Assembly: GCA_050248855.1 (NCBI GenBank)
Contig: JBFWRP010000009.1
Coordinates: 64,001-128,000 of the forward strand
DNA length: 64,000 nucleotides
DNA from: Planctomycetota bacterium
Lineage (GTDB): Bacteria; Planctomycetota; PLA2; JAEUHO01
Direction of reading: 5' to 3'
Part shown: piece after piece, positions 37,399-46,674 of the stretch
Numbering within the stretch: the first letter of the stretch is position 1
Layout: every line of letters begins with the position of its first letter
The notes under the pieces: generated by a model
What the model saw: only the letters and a program-made list of their open reading frames with translations
What the model was told of the DNA's origin: nothing
The model's database searches: none
Program-made: the position numbers and the translations under genes

Positions 37399-37441
37399 GT
37401 GGCCCCGCCGTCCCCCGGGATGGCGGGGCCGCACTCGTTTT
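37399..37441 (+). terminator. Intrinsic terminator-like hairpin between convergent genes
   Basis: GGCCCCGCCGTCC/GGATGGCGGGGCC stem followed shortly by TTTT. Confidence 0.7.
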
Positions 37442-37458
37442 GGGGGACCCGCGCGCCG

Positions 37459-38868
37459 CTACTCGCCGGCGGCGTCCTCCATCTCCTTCAGGCGGCGGTA
37501 GAGGGTGGCCGTGCCGATGCCCAGGATGGAAGCGGCGGCCTCGCGGTTGCCCCCTACGGCGTCGAGCGTGCGGAGGATCGCCTCGCGCTCCAGGGCGCCC
37601 AGGCTCTGGCCGACTTCGAAGCGGATCACCCCGCTGCCCGTGGCGGCCTCCGGCGGGACGCCACGAACGGCTGGCGGCAGGTCGCCGAGCGAGATGTGGT
37701 TGCCGCGCGTCAGCACGACCGCCCGCTCGATGGCGTTCTCCAGCTCGCGGACGTTGCCCGGCCACCGGTAGGCTTGGAGCGCCTCGATGACGCCCTCGCC
37801 GAAGCCGGCCAGCTGCCGACCGGTACGCGCCCGCATCTTGGCGAGGAAGTGCTCCGCCAGGAGGGGGATGTCGGCGTGCCGCTCCAAGAGGGTGGGCACC
37901 CGGATCGCGATGACGTTGAGGCGCCAGAAGAGGTCCTCGCGGAACCGCCCCGCACGGGCCTCCGCTTCCAGATCGCGGTTGGTCGCGGCGATCACGCGCA
38001 CGTCGGTGCGGATGGTCGTGCTGCCACCGACGCGCTCGAACTCGCCCTCCTGCAGGACGCGCAGCAGCTTGACCTGCAGGGGTAGGTCGATCTCCCCGAT
38101 CTCGTCGAGGAAGATCGTGCCGCCGTGGGCCAGCTCGAAGCGGCCCTTGCGTTGCTCGTGCGCGCCCGTGTAGGCCCCGCGCTCGTTGCCGAAGAGCTCC
38201 GCCTCGAGGACGCCCTCGGCGAGCGCCGCGCAGGCCACCTTGACGAGCGGACGGTCCGAGCGTGGGCTGCGCGCGTGGAGCGCCTCCGCGATCAGCTCCT
38301 TGCCCGTGCCGCTCTCGCCGAGGAGCAGCGCCGTGCTGCTGGCGGGCGCCACGCGGTCCACGACGTCGAGGAGCTCGAGGAACGCCTCGCTTGCGCCGAT
38401 GAGCGACCGCCCCTTCCCGCTGGCGTGCTGGGCCGCCGGGGCCGTACGGCCGGAGAGCGCCCGGCGGCGCTCGCCGGCCGGCGGACGATCTTCGAAGGCG
38501 CGCTTGATCGCCCGCCGCACGTCGCGCAGCCGGATCGGCTTCTCCAGCACGTCGCGGACGCCGCGGCGCACGGCCTTCACGGCCGTGTCGACGCTGGCGA
38601 ACGCCGAGATGAGGATCGAGGACACGTCGGGGCAGACGACCTTCAGGCTCTCGATCAGATCGAGGCCATCGAGCCCCGGCATCTTGAGATCCGTGAGGAC
38701 CAAGTCGACGTGGCGGTCCTGGGCCAGCGCGAGCGCGGCCTTGCCGTGTTCCGCCACCAGGACTTCGTAGCCGTCGCGACGCAGGGCACGCCCGAGCGAC
38801 TCGCGCGTGTTGCGATCGTCGTCGACGATCAAGATGACAGGTGCGGCGTCGGTGGAGACGTGATTCAA
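37459..38868 (-). CDS. NtrC/AtoC-family sigma54 response regulator
   Basis: Receiver (IVDDD, TDLKMP), [14 protein letters not shown] loop, [17 protein letters not shown], Fis HTH ([12 protein letters not shown]). Confidence 0.95.
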   Translation of the reverse strand: MNHVSTDAAPVILIVDDDRNTRESLGRALRRDGYEVLVAEHGKAALALAQDRHVDLVLTDLKMPGLDGLDLIESLKVVCPDVSSILISAFASVDTAVKAVRRGVRDVLEKPIRLRDVRRAIKRAFEDRPPAGERRRALSGRTAPAAQHASGKGRSLIGASEAFLELLDVVDRVAPASSTALLLGESGTGKELIAEALHARSPRSDRPLVKVACAALAEGVLEAELFGNERGAYTGAHEQRKGRFELAHGGTIFLDEIGEIDLPLQVKLLRVLQEGEFERVGGSTTIRTDVRVIAATNRDLEAEARAGRFREDLFWRLNVIAIRVPTLLERHADIPLLAEHFLAKMRARTGRQLAGFGEGVIEALQAYRWPGNVRELENAIERAVVLTRGNHISLGDLPPAVRGVPPEAATGSGVIRFEVGQSLGALEREAILRTLDAVGGNREAAASILGIGTATLYRRLKEMEDAAGE

Positions 38869-38936
38869 GCTCGACCCCCGTGCTGCCCGCGCGGCATCCT
38901 CCCATCGCGGGGGGACGAACCTCTAGACGAAACTCC

Positions 38937-40460
38937 TCACGACGCGGCGTCGGACGCGGGCTCGGCGAGCGGCCAGCGGATGGAGATGCCGGTCCCGCGA
39001 CCCTCGGCCGACGACAGCGAGAGGCTGCCGCCCGACGCGATGACGATCTCGCGTACGAGGTAGAGCCCGAGCCCGGAGCCGCCCGACTTGCTGGTGAAGA
39101 AGGGTTCGAGCACGCGTTCGCGCAGGTCGTCGGGGATGCCCGGACCGTTGTCCTTGACGGTCAGCTTGGTCGAGCGACGCATGCGGCGCACGAGCAGGGT
39201 CACGGCGCCGCTCCGGCCGGCGTCGACCTGCTCGGCGAGGGCGTCGAAGGCGTTGTCGGCCAGGTTCAAGAGCACGCGCCGCAGCTGGTGGCGGTCCAGC
39301 CGGATCGGGTGCGGGCCCGGATCGATGCGGGCGCGTAGCGTCACCCCCCGCTCGCCGGCGCGCTCGCGCTGCTCCTCGACGAACTCCGTCACGGCGCGGC
39401 CCAGATCCAGCTCCTCCGGCTCCTCGCCGCCGATCTGCGAGAGGGCGAGGTAGTGCGTGATGATCTGGTTGAGGCGCTCGATCTCCTCCCGGATGGCCGC
39501 CAGCGTGGGCGCGATCGCGGCTTGGACGTCATCGTGGCCCTCGAGCTCGTCCTCGAGCAGGTCCGTCGAGAGGAAGAGGCTGTTCAGCGGGTTGCGGAAC
39601 TCGTGGGCCACGCTGCCCGCGATCTTGGCCATCGCGGACAGCTTCTCCGTCTCGATCAGGCGGGCCCGGATGCGGTGGACCTCGGTGCGATCGTGCAGGA
39701 CCAGGAGGTAGCGGTCCGGGTCGGGCGCGCGACTCCCGGGCCGGAGGCGCGCCCCGTGGACGCGCACGGGGACGGCATGGCCGGATGCGTGGAGGAGGGA
39801 CATCTCCCGACCGTCCACGCGGCCGCCCTGGTCCACGTCGGCGAGGAGCCGCTGCAGGAAGTCCGGCTCGGTGAAGCAGCGGTCCAGCCCGCGACGCTGC
39901 ACCTCGTAGCGACGACGGCCGGTCAGGCGCGAGGCGCCGACGCTCCAGAGCCCCACCTGGCCCGACGCGCGCACCGTCAGCACCGCGTCGGGGAGCACGC
40001 GCAGCAGGCGCTCGAGGGTGCGGCGCATGGGGTCGAAGGCCGGCAGGCCACGGCCCGCGGTCCGCGACGGCTCCTCGCGCGGCGTCCGACACAGGTGCAG
40101 CAGCAGCGCATCGGCGGCCTGCGCGAGCCGTTCGGCCTGGTCGGCGGTACCCGCCCCCCGATCGCGCAGGGCCAAGACGACGGGGACGAGACGCGCCGGC
40201 GCCAGCAGCGCTGCCGGTGGATCGCTGCGCAGGGCGCGCACCGCGGCGAGGCGGCCGGGCCCGCGCCGCGGGCTCTTGCGCACCGCTTCGAACGCGGCGG
40301 CGACCTGCGCCCCGAGGGCGGCGCGGCCCGCCGCGTCGAGGGCAAAGGCGCCCAACGCCTCGTCGAGCGTCGGCGCGCGCGCCTCGCGCACCCCAGGGGC
40401 GGAGCGATCCGCGCCCGAGGAGGGCTCGGCCGCGGAGGAAGGACGAGGGGACGGACTCAC
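38937..40460 (-). CDS. PAS-domain sensor histidine kinase (NtrB-like)
   Basis: PAS-like segment (LPDAVLTV), AHEFRNPL, NLADNAFDA, DNGPGI, PFFTSK, GSGLGL. Start approximate. Confidence 0.9.
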   Translation of the reverse strand: MSPSPRPSSAAEPSSGADRSAPGVREARAPTLDEALGAFALDAAGRAALGAQVAAAFEAVRKSPRRGPGRLAAVRALRSDPPAALLAPARLVPVVLALRDRGAGTADQAERLAQAADALLLHLCRTPREEPSRTAGRGLPAFDPMRRTLERLLRVLPDAVLTVRASGQVGLWSVGASRLTGRRRYEVQRRGLDRCFTEPDFLQRLLADVDQGGRVDGREMSLLHASGHAVPVRVHGARLRPGSRAPDPDRYLLVLHDRTEVHRIRARLIETEKLSAMAKIAGSVAHEFRNPLNSLFLSTDLLEDELEGHDDVQAAIAPTLAAIREEIERLNQIITHYLALSQIGGEEPEELDLGRAVTEFVEEQRERAGERGVTLRARIDPGPHPIRLDRHQLRRVLLNLADNAFDALAEQVDAGRSGAVTLLVRRMRRSTKLTVKDNGPGIPDDLRERVLEPFFTSKSGGSGLGLYLVREIVIASGGSLSLSSAEGRGTGISIRWPLAEPASDAAS

Positions 40461-40557
40461 GTCGGTGGCGGATCCTACCCCGGCCCCCCCAGCGGTCCGG
40501 GCACGGGTATCCTGCCGTGCCGCGGGACTTGCCCCGGAACGAGGAAGGACGGACCCG

Positions 40558-42393
40558 ATGGCGCGCCTCACCTGCTTGGCCCTCGCGATCGCGTGCCTCG
40601 CGCTCGCTGTGGGCGCCGAGGCGGCGCCGCCGACGCTCGAGGCCGCGCGTGAGGCCGTGCGACGCGACGACATCGACACGGTCGAGACGGTGCTCGTGGA
40701 CCTGGTCGTGGACGGTCGCCCGGACCACCCGACGTTGCTCGAGGCGGCCTACCTCGCGCAGGAGATCGAAGCGCCCACGGCCACGTCCAAGGTGCGCGAC
40801 CTCTCGACGGCGCTGACGGAGCAGGCCGACCCGCCGCCCGCCGCGCGCGTCGCGCGCGGGTACGCGGCGCTGGCGACCGCCATCTGGTACTGGCGGCAGA
40901 AGATGCAGGGGTCGAGCATCCCCCTGCTCTTCAACGAGGCGTTGTCGGCGGGACGCGTCCGATCGGGAGATGCCGCGACGGACGACCTCGCGGCGCTGCT
41001 CGAGGCTCGCACGCACGCGGCGCAGGGCAGCCACGACGAGGCGCTTGCCGTGCTGGCGGCGCGGCGTGCGGAGGGTGCGACCTCGAGCTGGACCCCGCTG
41101 CTCGCCCTCTCCGAGGCGCGCCTGGCCTACGACCGCGGCGCCGCGGTGGCGCCCGGCGCGGACGGCCGCCCCACCGCGGAGGCGCAAGCGGACTTCGAGC
41201 AGGCGGTCGCGCTCTTCGCTGCCCACGCGGACGCCCTGCCGCGCCTCGTCATGCGCCCGGCCAAGCGCACCGAGCTCGCCACCCGCCGGGCCTGGGCCTT
41301 GCACCGCCTCGGCCGCGTGGACGAGGCCGCCGAGGCCTACCGTCGTGTCTACGCCCTCGGCGGCGAGGCACGTGCGCTGGCCGTGCGCGGCCTCGCGAGC
41401 CTCTTCACGTACGAGCCCGATCGCTACCGCACGACCCTCGCCGAGCTCGGACGCGGCGCCGGCGGGCAGGGAGACGTTGCCCTCGAGGCGCTCACCGACG
41501 CGTGGCTTGCCGAGAACCGCCTGGGCTCGGCGCTCGAAGCCGCGGAGGCGCGACGGGCCCTCGCGCCCGACGATCCGGCGGGGTGGCGCCTGGTCGCGAA
41601 GGTGTTCGAGGCCATGGACCAGCCCGAGGAGGCGATCCGCCACCTCGAAGAGGCGTTGCGCCGCGACCCGAACGACCGCGCGGCCGTGATCCGCTTCGAC
41701 GCCGTCGCACGCAGCGTGGTGGAGGACGACCCCGAACGCACGATCGCCTGGTACGAGCGCCTGGTCGCCGTGTGTCCGGACGACCCGTTCCTGTGGAACA
41801 ACCTCGGCTTCCTGCTGCGCGAGCAGGTCTCCCCGCACACGGTGCTCGGGGAAGGCGGCCAGCAGAAGCTGACGGCCGAGGCCCCCGACCGCGTCCACGC
41901 ACAGCTGCTGCGCTGCGTCGAGGCCTACGAGCGGGCCGTCGCCTTGGTCGACCCCGCGGAGGACGGCCTGCGCGAGATCGAGCAGGACTGGAACCTGGCG
42001 ACCGTCGTCAACGACCTCGGGCTGATGCTGCACTACTTCGTGGACGTCCAGGACGGCCCCCGGGCCGAGGCGCTCTACCTGCGCGCACTGGCCATGACCG
42101 AGGACGGCTACAAGGACAGCTACGTCCCCAACCTCCAGCGCCTCTACCGCGACATCCTGACCGGCCACGAGCTCGCGTGGTACCGCGCGGCCGTGCGCGC
42201 CGCCGAGGGGCTGCTGCAGGAGGTCCCGCGCGACGACGGCGGCTTCGACCTGGTGCCCGACGACGTCAAGCGCGCCGTCGCGGCCGCCGACGCCAAGCGC
42301 CTGAGGGCACGGATCCTGCAGGAGCTCGGGGCCCCCACCCCCGACGCCGATGCCGACGCGTCCGACGCGGACGTCCACGCTACCGACCGGTAG
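40558..42393 (+). CDS. Secreted TPR protein
   Basis: Signal peptide, TPR-like helices, C-terminal domain shared with the next gene. Confidence 0.82.
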   Translation: MARLTCLALAIACLALAVGAEAAPPTLEAAREAVRRDDIDTVETVLVDLVVDGRPDHPTLLEAAYLAQEIEAPTATSKVRDLSTALTEQADPPPAARVARGYAALATAIWYWRQKMQGSSIPLLFNEALSAGRVRSGDAATDDLAALLEARTHAAQGSHDEALAVLAARRAEGATSSWTPLLALSEARLAYDRGAAVAPGADGRPTAEAQADFEQAVALFAAHADALPRLVMRPAKRTELATRRAWALHRLGRVDEAAEAYRRVYALGGEARALAVRGLASLFTYEPDRYRTTLAELGRGAGGQGDVALEALTDAWLAENRLGSALEAAEARRALAPDDPAGWRLVAKVFEAMDQPEEAIRHLEEALRRDPNDRAAVIRFDAVARSVVEDDPERTIAWYERLVAVCPDDPFLWNNLGFLLREQVSPHTVLGEGGQQKLTAEAPDRVHAQLLRCVEAYERAVALVDPAEDGLREIEQDWNLATVVNDLGLMLHYFVDVQDGPRAEALYLRALAMTEDGYKDSYVPNLQRLYRDILTGHELAWYRAAVRAAEGLLQEVPRDDGGFDLVPDDVKRAVAAADAKRLRARILQELGAPTPDADADASDADVHATDR

Positions 42394-42423
42394 CCGCGTC
42401 ACTTGTCCTTCCGGAGACACGAC

Positions 42424-44130
42424 ATGTATCGCCCCGCCCTTCTCTCCCGCCTGGCGCCCGCGCTCGTCTTGGCCGTCGGGTGCGCGGCCCTGCTCGCCGC
42501 GCCCGTCCAGGCCGCGCCCGGCGCCGCGGAGGCGAAGGCCGCTGCGGCCGACCAGGACTGGGAGAAGGCGGCCCAGGCGTGGGCCGGGGTGCTCCAAGCC
42601 AAGGCGGGCGATCGGGAGGCCGCGCTCGGCCTGGGTCGCGCCGTCCACGAGGGGCGCGTCTTCGCGCACCTCGCCGACGCCGATCGGGCGGCCCGCGCCC
42701 TGACGCAGAAGGACGAGAACGACGCCGAGGCGTGGGAGCTGCGCGGCGAGCTCGCGCTCCTCTTGGCCGAATCGCCGGGTGCGGGCTCGACCGCGAAGAT
42801 GTCCTACGCCGACGCCGAGGAGCACTTCGGCCGCGCGCTGGAGGCCGACGCCAACCTGGAGGGTGCCGCCGTGGGCTTGGCCCGCGTGCACTTCCTGATG
42901 GGACGCACCCAGGAGGCGTTGGATGCACTCGGCTCCTACCTGGGCCGCAACACGAAGACGCAGGCCAAGGCCCTGTTCTGGCAGGGTGAGATCCGCTACC
43001 GCCAGGCGCTCGCGGCGCACCGCGAGGCGGGCGGCGCGTACCCCGTGCAAGGCGAGGCCCGCCAGCTCTTCGAGCAGGCGCGTGGCTCCTTCATGGCCAG
43101 CACCAAGGCCGATCCGACCCGCGTCGTGGCGTGGATCGAGCTTGGCTACACCTGCCAGTACCTGCAGGACGTGGACGGCGCCGCCGAGGCCTACGAGGCC
43201 GCGGCCCGCCTCGCGCCGCAGAACGATGCACCGCTCAAGGGCCTCTCCGTGGTGCTCACCTACGACCGTCCGCGGTACGTGGCCGCGCTCGAGAGGATCC
43301 TGCAGGCCAAGCCCAAGCACGCGATGGCCGGGTGGTTCCTTGCGCAGGAGAAGGCCGCCGCCGGCGATACGAAGGGGGCCATCGCCGCCATGCAGATTGC
43401 GGCCGCCAACCTGCGCAATCCCGCTGCGGCGTGGGTCCAGGTCGGCGACCTCGAGCTGAAGGGCGGCAACCGGGCCGGCGCGGAGAAGGCGTGGACGAAG
43501 GCGCTGGAGGTGGACCCGGGCAACGAGCTGGCGGCGTTCCATCTCGAGACGCCGCTGCGCGAAGGCGGCATGCAGAGGGCTGCCAGCTCGGTCAAGTCCG
43601 CCAAGGAGCTGATCGCGGACTACGAGAAGCTCCTGAAGCTCGCGCCGCGCAACACGCTGCTGCTCAACAACCTGGCCTTCATCCTTCGCGAGGCCCATGC
43701 CCAGCACAAGGGCGACGCATCGTGGAAGCCCATCCTCGAGGCCAGCCGCGACATGTACGTGCGCGCATCCGAGATCGTCGGCGAGTACAGCGCGCAGTAC
43801 GAAGGCATGGCCATGACCGAGCGCCTGAGCCGCGCGCAAGTCATCAGCGACACGGGCTTGATGTTCCAGTTCTATCCCGAGATCCAGGACCTCGCGCGTG
43901 CCGAGCGCTACTACCTGGCCGCGCTCGACTGGAGCGACAACGGCTACTTCGATGCCTACAACAACCTGGTCCAGATGTGGGCCAAGGCCGAGCGCTGGGA
44001 CGAGCTGTACGACTTGGCCGACGTCGCCGCCGAGTCCCTGCTCACGAACGAGGGGGCCCCCCACCCGGGCCGCGGACCCGCCCGCGCCCTGGCCGACCGC
44101 CTCGTCAAGGAGAAGAAGGTCGATCGCTGA
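42424..44130 (+). CDS. Secreted TPR protein
   Basis: GGAG SD, signal peptide, multiple TPR repeats (KALEVDPGN, LLKLAPRN). Confidence 0.85.
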   Translation: MYRPALLSRLAPALVLAVGCAALLAAPVQAAPGAAEAKAAAADQDWEKAAQAWAGVLQAKAGDREAALGLGRAVHEGRVFAHLADADRAARALTQKDENDAEAWELRGELALLLAESPGAGSTAKMSYADAEEHFGRALEADANLEGAAVGLARVHFLMGRTQEALDALGSYLGRNTKTQAKALFWQGEIRYRQALAAHREAGGAYPVQGEARQLFEQARGSFMASTKADPTRVVAWIELGYTCQYLQDVDGAAEAYEAAARLAPQNDAPLKGLSVVLTYDRPRYVAALERILQAKPKHAMAGWFLAQEKAAAGDTKGAIAAMQIAAANLRNPAAAWVQVGDLELKGGNRAGAEKAWTKALEVDPGNELAAFHLETPLREGGMQRAASSVKSAKELIADYEKLLKLAPRNTLLLNNLAFILREAHAQHKGDASWKPILEASRDMYVRASEIVGEYSAQYEGMAMTERLSRAQVISDTGLMFQFYPEIQDLARAERYYLAALDWSDNGYFDAYNNLVQMWAKAERWDELYDLADVAAESLLTNEGAPHPGRGPARALADRLVKEKKVDR

Positions 44131-44209
44131 CCCCGGGCCGCCGCGCGAGGGGCGCTCGAGAACCCGTGGAGGGTTTCCGGCGCCCGCGGGAACCTAGGGG
44201 AGAGTCCCC

Positions 44210-46054
44210 ATGGTCCCGCCGCCCCCCGCCCTGAAGATCGACGCCCTCCTGGAGCACGGCGCCTTCCTGCGCCGCCTCGCCGGGCGCCTCGTGCGCAGCG
44301 AGGCCGAGGCCGACGACGTCGTGCAGGACGCGTGGGTGATTGCGCTCGAGCGCGAGGGCCCGGCGCCCAAGAAGCCCCGCGCGTGGCTGGCCGGCATCGT
44401 CCGCCACCGGGCCCAGCGCACGGCGCGCGATGCGGCCCGACGCCGCACGCGCCACGAGCGGGCCGCGCGACCGGAGGCGATCGACGCGACGGTCGACGTG
44501 GCCGCACGGCTCGAAGTCCAGCGGCGGATCGCCGAGGCCGTGGCGTCGCTCGAGGAGCCGGGGCGGACCGTGATCGTGCTGCGCTACCTCGACGGCGAGA
44601 CGCCAGCCCGCATCGCCGAGCGCCTCGGCGTGCCGGTGCGCACCGTGGAGAGCCGGCTCCGCCGCGCGCGCGAAGCCCTGCGCGAGCGGCTGGATGCGCT
44701 GATGGGCTCACGCGCCGCGTGGTGCCTTCCGCTCGCCGCGTGGCTGGGCGTGGGCCTGGCGCGCGACGCGGCGGCGGCGGCGGCGGCAACGACGAGTACG
44801 GCGGCGGGGGCGTTGGCTCCCGCGGCCGCGACAGGAGGTGTCCTCATGGCTTCGAGCATCGGATGGGTGGCCGCGGGCTTGGTCGGCGGGTTGGCCGGCG
44901 GTTGGTTCCTGCGCGAGGCCACGCGGCCCACGCCGGAGCCCGTGCTGGAGACGCGCGAGGACCGGCCCACGGACGAGCCGCTGGCGGGGACGGGGCCGAC
45001 GCTGGGTCGCGACGTGCCCGCGCTCGAAGCCGCCACGCTGCGCGCCGACGCGGCCGAAGCGAAGGCCAAGCGCCTGGCAACACGCGTGGAGGAGCTGGTC
45101 GCCAAGGTGCAGGCGCTGGAGGCCGGCGGTGCCGGCGCGACGCAGGACGGCGCCGAGCACGAGGGCCTGGTGATCCCCGTCGGGCCGAAGCAGGAGGTGC
45201 TGGCCGCCATCGACTGGAAGGATGCCGGTACGGCGGCCCACGAGATGGCCCCCATGCTGGCCCCGCTGATCCGCTCGATGGCCGAGGACAAGCTCGACCA
45301 AGCCCAGGCCATGGAGCTGGGCAAGCGCAACCTGCGCCTCGTGAACGCCGCGATGAAGCTCGTCGAAGCGGGCCTGAGCGGCACCGGGGTGAACGGCGCG
45401 TTCACGCATCCCTCGGTCACGGCCAACCTCATCCATGGCACGCTCGAGGCCGCGGGCGTGCCGCTGGACGAGCGCCAGATCGAGCGCCTGAAGGCCGTGG
45501 CCGACGACTACGTGAATCGCGAGGCAGCCCGTGTGGCGGGCTACGGCCCCGACACGCTGGCATTCGTCAAGCTGGTCGACGAGTCCAAGCTGAAGCAGGC
45601 CTTCCAAGACGCCGTCGATGCGTTCCTGACGCCGGAGCAGCTCAAGGTCCTGCACCCCAACGGCCCCAAGGCGCGCCTGGGCTTGGACCTGTTCTCCCCC
45701 GGGATCATCTGGCAAGGCCAGGTGAGCCCCATCACGTACCTGCGCGGACCGTCGGGCGAGGAGACCGCCCTCAACGTGGTCCGCATGCACCTGAAGCTCG
45801 AGCCCGAGGAGGCCGAACGCCTGCGCCCCGCCGTGGCGCGTTGGCTGGCCGCGGTCCCGCGGTCCATCGAGGCTCTGCCTGCGGGCCCCGAAGACAAGCT
45901 CGGCCTCGTGACGTGGGATCGCCTCGAAGCGTGCTGGGGACCGATGAAGGGCCTCTACGAGGACTTGATCGGCACGCTCCCGCCCGACCACGCCGCCATC
46001 GCCACGCTACGCGCCAGCACCCACTGCCTCGTCCCCATCGCCCCCTACGAGTAG
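44210..46054 (+). CDS. ECF sigma factor fused to TM segment and long C-terminal extension
   Basis: Region 2 (EADDVVQDAW, RAWLAGIVR), region 4 (VLRYLDG..IAERLGVPVRTVESRLRRAR), Ala linker, TM helix, about 380-aa extension. Confidence 0.88.
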   Translation: MVPPPPALKIDALLEHGAFLRRLAGRLVRSEAEADDVVQDAWVIALEREGPAPKKPRAWLAGIVRHRAQRTARDAARRRTRHERAARPEAIDATVDVAARLEVQRRIAEAVASLEEPGRTVIVLRYLDGETPARIAERLGVPVRTVESRLRRAREALRERLDALMGSRAAWCLPLAAWLGVGLARDAAAAAAATTSTAAGALAPAAATGGVLMASSIGWVAAGLVGGLAGGWFLREATRPTPEPVLETREDRPTDEPLAGTGPTLGRDVPALEAATLRADAAEAKAKRLATRVEELVAKVQALEAGGAGATQDGAEHEGLVIPVGPKQEVLAAIDWKDAGTAAHEMAPMLAPLIRSMAEDKLDQAQAMELGKRNLRLVNAAMKLVEAGLSGTGVNGAFTHPSVTANLIHGTLEAAGVPLDERQIERLKAVADDYVNREAARVAGYGPDTLAFVKLVDESKLKQAFQDAVDAFLTPEQLKVLHPNGPKARLGLDLFSPGIIWQGQVSPITYLRGPSGEETALNVVRMHLKLEPEEAERLRPAVARWLAAVPRSIEALPAGPEDKLGLVTWDRLEACWGPMKGLYEDLIGTLPPDHAAIATLRASTHCLVPIAPYE

Positions 46055-46096
46055 GTAGAGAGGGCCCGCTCCGTCGCGGTCAAGCCCGTGACTCGC

Positions 46097-46384
46097 TCAC
46101 GTGTCTCGGCGTCGGATCCTCACGCGCTCTGACTCGACTATCCAGAGCGCGGCCTCGAGCGGCTGCGCCTGAAGGAGCGGCAACAGCCTGACGAGCAGGG
46201 AACGCACGTCAGCCACGGCTTGCGAGGCTGGACGAAGCACGATGATGCCCGCGCTTCCGCTGGCTGGATGTCGGCGCGGGTCCCCGAAGCCACGGTCCAA
46301 CGGCACAAGGGCGCGACGCTCGCGGCGGCAAGCCTCGTAGATGACCTCGTCGAGCTTGAACCGTAGCTTCGGAGGCACGGTCAT
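46097..46384 (-). pseudogene. DUF5615/PIN-like toxin, apparently internally deleted
   Basis: RFKLDE joined directly to VIYEACRRERRALVPLDRGF...GIIVLR. The usual intervening segment is absent. Confidence 0.6.
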
Positions 46385-46629
46385 GCCGACGACAGGGGGA
46401 CCGTGCGCTCGTGCGCCAGCTCTGCCGCGTACGCCAGGGCTGCCAGGACGTCCTCTACCTGAAGGGACGGGTACTCCGCCACGATCTGGCTGGCCGTCAT
46501 GCCCGCAGCCAAGCTGTCAAGAATGGTCGTAATCAAGACCCGCGTACCGGTCACGCAGGCCTGCCCATGGCAAACCGTGGGGTCGACGGAGATGCGGTCT
46601 CGCCAGGTCCGGGTCTCGTGGAGGGCCAT
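46381..46629 (-). CDS. DUF433-family antitoxin
   Basis: RISVDPTVCHGQACVTGTRV...ILDSLAAG...IVAEYPSL..EDVLAALAYA. TACCAT 6 nt upstream. Confidence 0.9.
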   Translation of the reverse strand: MALHETRTWRDRISVDPTVCHGQACVTGTRVLITTILDSLAAGMTASQIVAEYPSLQVEDVLAALAYAAELAHERTVPLSSA

Positions 46630-46674
46630 GCCGACATGGTACGCGAGACGCTCGCCCCGGCCCTCCGCCCAATG

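Noticed and set aside
39529..44064. 1511-aa minus-strand ORF
   Set aside because: Shadow of the two TPR genes, which have SDs, signal peptides and mutual homology.
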